Shown piece after piece: positions 32,570-35,444 of a stretch of 35,444 nucleotides of DNA (position 1 is the first letter of the stretch; the number at the start of each line of letters is the position of its first letter). The notes below the pieces were generated by a model. It worked only from the letters and a program-made list of their open reading frames with translations. It was not told where the DNA came from and did not search any database. The position numbers were made by a program, and so were the translations under genes. Origin of the DNA: a virus. Location of the stretch: the IMG/VR virus record IMGVR_UViG_3300042376_000850, one strand, 5' to 3'.

Positions 32570-32789
32570 CGTGCCTGTAGATATAGTGGATCATTTCATT
32601 AGCCGAATGTGTTACCTGAGAAAGCATATCTAAGGCACCAAGAAAATCAGTGTTGCTCATCAGCTCAGGTAGCTTTCTTGCGGCTTCTTGTATTTTGAGT
32701 ACGTCTTCGCTGTAGTCTTTCATTATTAGCTCCGGCAACTTTTTTCCAGCTTCTTGTATTTTTAGTAAATCTTCACTGTAGTCATCCAT
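32559..32789 (-). CDS. Hypothetical protein with an internal 22-aa tandem duplication
   Basis: DDYSEDLLKIQEAGKKLPELIM / KDYSEDVLKIQEAARKLPELMS. Confidence 0.55.
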   Translation of the reverse strand: MDDYSEDLLKIQEAGKKLPELIMKDYSEDVLKIQEAARKLPELMSNTDFLGALDMLSQVTHSANEMIHYIYRHDEK

Positions 32790-32950
32790 TGATGACTACT
32801 TTCTTGTTTTACAAGATGAAGTAATAAATGCTGCATCATCATTTCTGCGCTGTAGTCATTCGACTCTATCTTGCCTAGTATTTCATTTAGGCTGTAAGGC
32901 TGTTTAATGTGGCCAGCCTTACTTAAAGCCACGCGCATTAGTCTGTTCAT
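32762..32950 (-). CDS. Hypothetical protein
   Basis: 62-aa ORF, ATGA-coupled to the upstream gene. Confidence 0.4.
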   Translation of the reverse strand: MNRLMRVALSKAGHIKQPYSLNEILGKIESNDYSAEMMMQHLLLHLVKQESSHQWMTTVKIY

Positions 32951-33189
32951 TGTTTTATTGCTCCTTTTTTTAGGAAATCTAAATATTCTTGAGAAGGGTG
33001 AATAGTAGCAAGCCGCTCTTTATATGAACCGCAAGGCTTTAAGCAATTAGGCTCAAAAGCTTTTACTCGCACTTCATCTGGAACCGGAACAAACCCACCA
33101 GTGCCGGGCAGCGTTTTTCTCCACGCTATAAAACGCTCAACGCTTTCAGTCACTTCATCTATGCAACGGCATTCAACTTTATTCATCAT
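32947..33189 (-). CDS. Hypothetical Cys-containing protein
   Basis: 80-aa ORF with an AGGTGAAAAGGA RBS region. Confidence 0.5.
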   Translation of the reverse strand: MMNKVECRCIDEVTESVERFIAWRKTLPGTGGFVPVPDEVRVKAFEPNCLKPCGSYKERLATIHPSQEYLDFLKKGAIKQ

Positions 33190-33202
33190 TTTTCCTTTTC
33201 AC

Positions 33203-33481
33203 CTAACATTTATTTCCAGCGGATTCGCTACGCTCACCGCTGAACTCTGCGTTAGGACTATTGCTTAATGAATCTGCCCATTTCACTTCCACAAGAAGCG
33301 GTTTCTCTCCTACGTTTGCGTACAAGTACCAATGATCCCCATGGCGAAGTTCATTGCTATCTAGTGTGGTGTGACCGATTACATGAAATTCACGAAACGG
33401 AAATCGAACTCGCTCAGATGGTGGAGTTATCAAAATACCTAAACGACGAAGGTCTTCAATTGCCTTTAACTGTTCATCCAT
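33203..33481 (-). CDS. Hypothetical protein ending in the shared tail PNAEFSGERSESAG
   Basis: The start is taken at ATG 33481 (AGGAAG RBS). The upstream extension in the track is the repeat element of the preceding gene read through. Confidence 0.5.
   Translation of the reverse strand: MDEQLKAIEDLRRLGILITPPSERVRFPFREFHVIGHTTLDSNELRHGDHWYLYANVGEKPLLVEVKWADSLSNSPNAEFSGERSESAGNKC
33214..33256. repeat. 43-nt exact direct repeat, copy 1 (similarity extends to 33201-33256)
   Basis: ttccagcggattcgctacgctcaccgctgaactctgcgttagg is identical to 33518-33560. Confidence 0.9.
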
Positions 33482-33506
33482 AATTCTTCCTTTTTCATTA
33501 AAAAAC

Positions 33507-33737
33507 CTAACCCAACGTTCCAGCGGATTCGCTACGCTCACCGCTGAACTCTGCGTTAGGCGTCTCAATAGTTACCTGCACGCATCGCATTCCACGCCCT
33601 TTTAGCGCCTTCCACGGAACACCAAAATACCGCCGCGCCAACGCAATTGACGACTTTTGACCACGAGACAAACTAAGGCGCATAGGTTCCCCGTCTTTGA
33701 ATATTACTGCCCAGGCTTGGAAATGCTTAACCTCCAT
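33507..33737 (-). CDS. Hypothetical protein ending in the shared tail PNAEFSGERSESAG
   Basis: 76-aa ORF. Its N-terminal AVIFKD block is shared with 4147..4326. Confidence 0.5.
   Translation of the reverse strand: MEVKHFQAWAVIFKDGEPMRLSLSRGQKSSIALARRYFGVPWKALKGRGMRCVQVTIETPNAEFSGERSESAGTLG
33518..33560. repeat. 43-nt exact direct repeat, copy 2 (similarity extends to 33505-33560)
   Basis: Identical to 33214-33256. Both copies sit at the same distance from a TAG stop inside a conserved acctaac. Confidence 0.9.
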
Positions 33738-33740
33738 GTC

Positions 33741-33977
33741 TTACTCTCCTTTAGGTGGGTTTGGTAGTGGCATCCAAAGAGTAGGAATAAACTTCACAGA
33801 AAAATTTGATGCTTGGCTAGACCATTCACCTTGATTTGGCCAACTTCCCGAACACCATTTCGATATCGAAATGGTTTCTTTTCTATCGCTATATCCATAG
33901 CTCTCTGGTAAATACCCAAAAGTAAGTATCTGCTCGCCAGTAATTTTTGGAGCGGTTTCTATTGGTTGCCAAGTCAT
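33741..33977 (-). CDS. Small W-x-PI-x-TAPK ... WMPLP protein, paralog of 3073..3306
   Basis: MTWQPIETAPKITGEQIL...LWMPLPNPPKGE. Confidence 0.6.
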   Translation of the reverse strand: MTWQPIETAPKITGEQILTFGYLPESYGYSDRKETISISKWCSGSWPNQGEWSSQASNFSVKFIPTLWMPLPNPPKGE

Positions 33978-33978
33978 T

Positions 33979-34404
33979 TCATTCTCCTTTACTCTGCGCT
34001 GGGTAGTTTTTCAAGCTATTTTTAGCGTATCTCAAAAAGTCTGTCAGACTAACCCAGCCACTGTAAGCACCTGTACCTGCGTCGCCATGCAAATACAAGC
34101 ACCCAGTGTGGTCAATCTCACTCACTTTATAGTCGGGGGTTTTTCTGCATTGCCAATGCTCAACGACAATGCCCGTATCCTTGGTCATTCTTATTAGCAT
34201 AACCCTGTCTTCGAGAGTAAGGTTTCTGTCCCACCACGGGCGAGTCTGATTTGCTCTAGTCAGTACAGCCATCAACGTAGCGCCGTTTCTAAGCATTTCG
34301 CTAGCAGCTTTAGCGTCTTGCAGCTGCTGCTCATACTCTAGGCAATCGGCTTCTCTTATAAAACGTCTGCCGTCATAGGCTTCGTATAGTGTGACAGTTT
34401 TCAT
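33979..34404 (-). CDS. Hypothetical protein
   Basis: 141-aa ORF with a GGAGAG RBS. No motif was recognised. Confidence 0.55.
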   Translation of the reverse strand: MKTVTLYEAYDGRRFIREADCLEYEQQLQDAKAASEMLRNGATLMAVLTRANQTRPWWDRNLTLEDRVMLIRMTKDTGIVVEHWQCRKTPDYKVSEIDHTGCLYLHGDAGTGAYSGWVSLTDFLRYAKNSLKNYPAQSKGE

Positions 34405-34416
34405 TTTTCACTCTCC

Positions 34417-35175
34417 TTAATTTTGTGTGTAGTTTACATCACCAAAAGGGTCTGTCAATTTCTTATCAATAAAATCGCGCACTCTTTTTTCAGCTTCTTT
34501 TTTTCGCGCTTCAAATTCTGCCCGTTCTGCTTCGCCTTTTTCGTGCCATGCTGTTTTTGGTGCAGTCAGTATCGTTAGCAGGTCTTTTAGCTTCTCTCGC
34601 ACGTCTTCGGGCATTTTCTGCTCTAGTAACGGCGTGTTGTTTTCCAGCAACGGCACATCGTGGCCTAACTGTCTGGCGTGTTCTATCGCTTGCGATCTTT
34701 TCGCCGCGTCAAAGCCTAGCGATACATTCCAGCTTACCTTTTCCCCGCGCTCTTTCGATTCGCGCACTATGCGGTTATAAGCGTCTTTGAATGCCATCCT
34801 TGCGCCAACTTCGTCGCCCATACTTAGCACTGGCTTACATATCCCCCATGCTTGCGCCATGTCTTGCGTCCAAACAACTGTATCGAACTCGTCTTGTGCT
34901 TTCAGTGCTATCGCCCATGCTTCGTCAGCATCAGGACGCGGGTCTTGTCTCGCGTCAATCTTTGCGATCAAGTCAGCCGGGGCAGGGAAAAAACGGCCAC
35001 GGTCAGAATCCCGTAAATGCGCCTCTAGAGCGTTTCTAATGTCCTCGATGCTATACCGAGCCATCACCCTGAAAAACATCGCAACCTGAGCTGATTTAGG
35101 CGGGTTCTTGCCCATTAAGTCGGCTGTACTTGTCAGCAATGCTTCAAAGTCGTCAAAGTCTGTCTTAAACATCAA
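34417..35175 (-). CDS. Lambda P-like replication protein (putative helicase loader)
   Basis: 252 aa directly after, and overlapping, the initiator gene. DRGRFFPAPADLIAKI resembles lambda P RQNRPFLPSPGQFVAWC. Confidence 0.45.
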   Translation of the reverse strand: MMFKTDFDDFEALLTSTADLMGKNPPKSAQVAMFFRVMARYSIEDIRNALEAHLRDSDRGRFFPAPADLIAKIDARQDPRPDADEAWAIALKAQDEFDTVVWTQDMAQAWGICKPVLSMGDEVGARMAFKDAYNRIVRESKERGEKVSWNVSLGFDAAKRSQAIEHARQLGHDVPLLENNTPLLEQKMPEDVREKLKDLLTILTAPKTAWHEKGEAERAEFEARKKEAEKRVRDFIDKKLTDPFGDVNYTQN

Positions 35176-35444
35176 TCACCTCGTCCAAAAATCCAAGAAT
35201 GCGCTTTGCTTCCAAATTTCGTGTTTTTGCGTCCTCTGCTGGTTTGCCTGTCACCCATTCAGCCTTGAATCCAATCCAACCGCGTTCACAACAGGTTTGA
35301 AGGGCTTGTTGAAGTGAATATCCGGCTTTTTGTGCTTCGCGCTTTATGCCAGCAATTGCCGTTTCTGTAATCGGGGCTTTTTTTGCTTTTCTGAGCGTCA
35401 TGAAGTCATGCGCTATTTTTTCGTCAATGCCGGCAAGCAAGTCC
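35165..35444 (-). CDS. Replication initiator, C-terminal part; same gene as 1..555 across the circular junction
   Basis: IDEKIAHDFMTLRKAKKAPITETAIAGIKREAQKAGYSLQQALQTCCERGWIGFKAEW resembles the C-terminal (DnaT-like) domain of phage initiators. The track's Met is a TTG inside the true ORF. Confidence 0.75.
   Translation of the reverse strand, partial: DLLAGIDEKIAHDFMTLRKAKKAPITETAIAGIKREAQKAGYSLQQALQTCCERGWIGFKAEWVTGKPAEDAKTRNLEAKRILGFLDEVIDV
35318..35444. repeat. 127-nt sequence identical to the window start (1..127)
   Basis: Exact match to nt 1-127. Confidence 0.95.

Overview
The window is one complete tailed-phage genome, podovirus-like in gene order. Its first 127 nt are identical to its last 127 nt (1..127 = 35318..35444), so the unique length is 35,317 bp and the molecule is circular or circularly permuted. 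Every credible gene lies on the minus strand, and genes are packed tightly with ATGA/TAATG stop-start overlaps. No tRNA, rRNA, CRISPR array, integrase, transposase or divergent cI-type repressor was seen.

Gene order in transcription direction (descending coordinates):
- Replication: a lambda-O-like initiator is split by the window edges (555..1 joined to 35317..35165) and carries its own iteron origin; a lambda-P-like protein follows.
- Accessory arm B (34.4-29.4 kb): small genes including an RHH protein, a RuvC-like resolvase and a tandem family of small paralogs.
- A 457-bp coding-poor region (28957..29413), followed by a GC-rich lipoprotein gene.
- Morphogenesis: terS, terL, portal, a 1072-aa beta-helix protein, scaffold-like protein, major capsid, adaptor and nozzle-like proteins, an AT-rich GNAT acetyltransferase, three low-complexity ejection-type proteins, tail fiber and a DUF4376-like protein.
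- An unusual lysis cassette (7.0-4.8 kb) ending at a strong terminator.
- Accessory arm A (4.6-0.7 kb): small genes, Erf, NinB, a DUF1364-like protein, a secreted Rap1a/Tai4-like protein and a wHTH protein.

Four sigma70-type promoters share an invariant 15-mer, TTAAGTGTGTA(T/A)AAT.

All functional calls come from motif recognition by eye. No database search was run.
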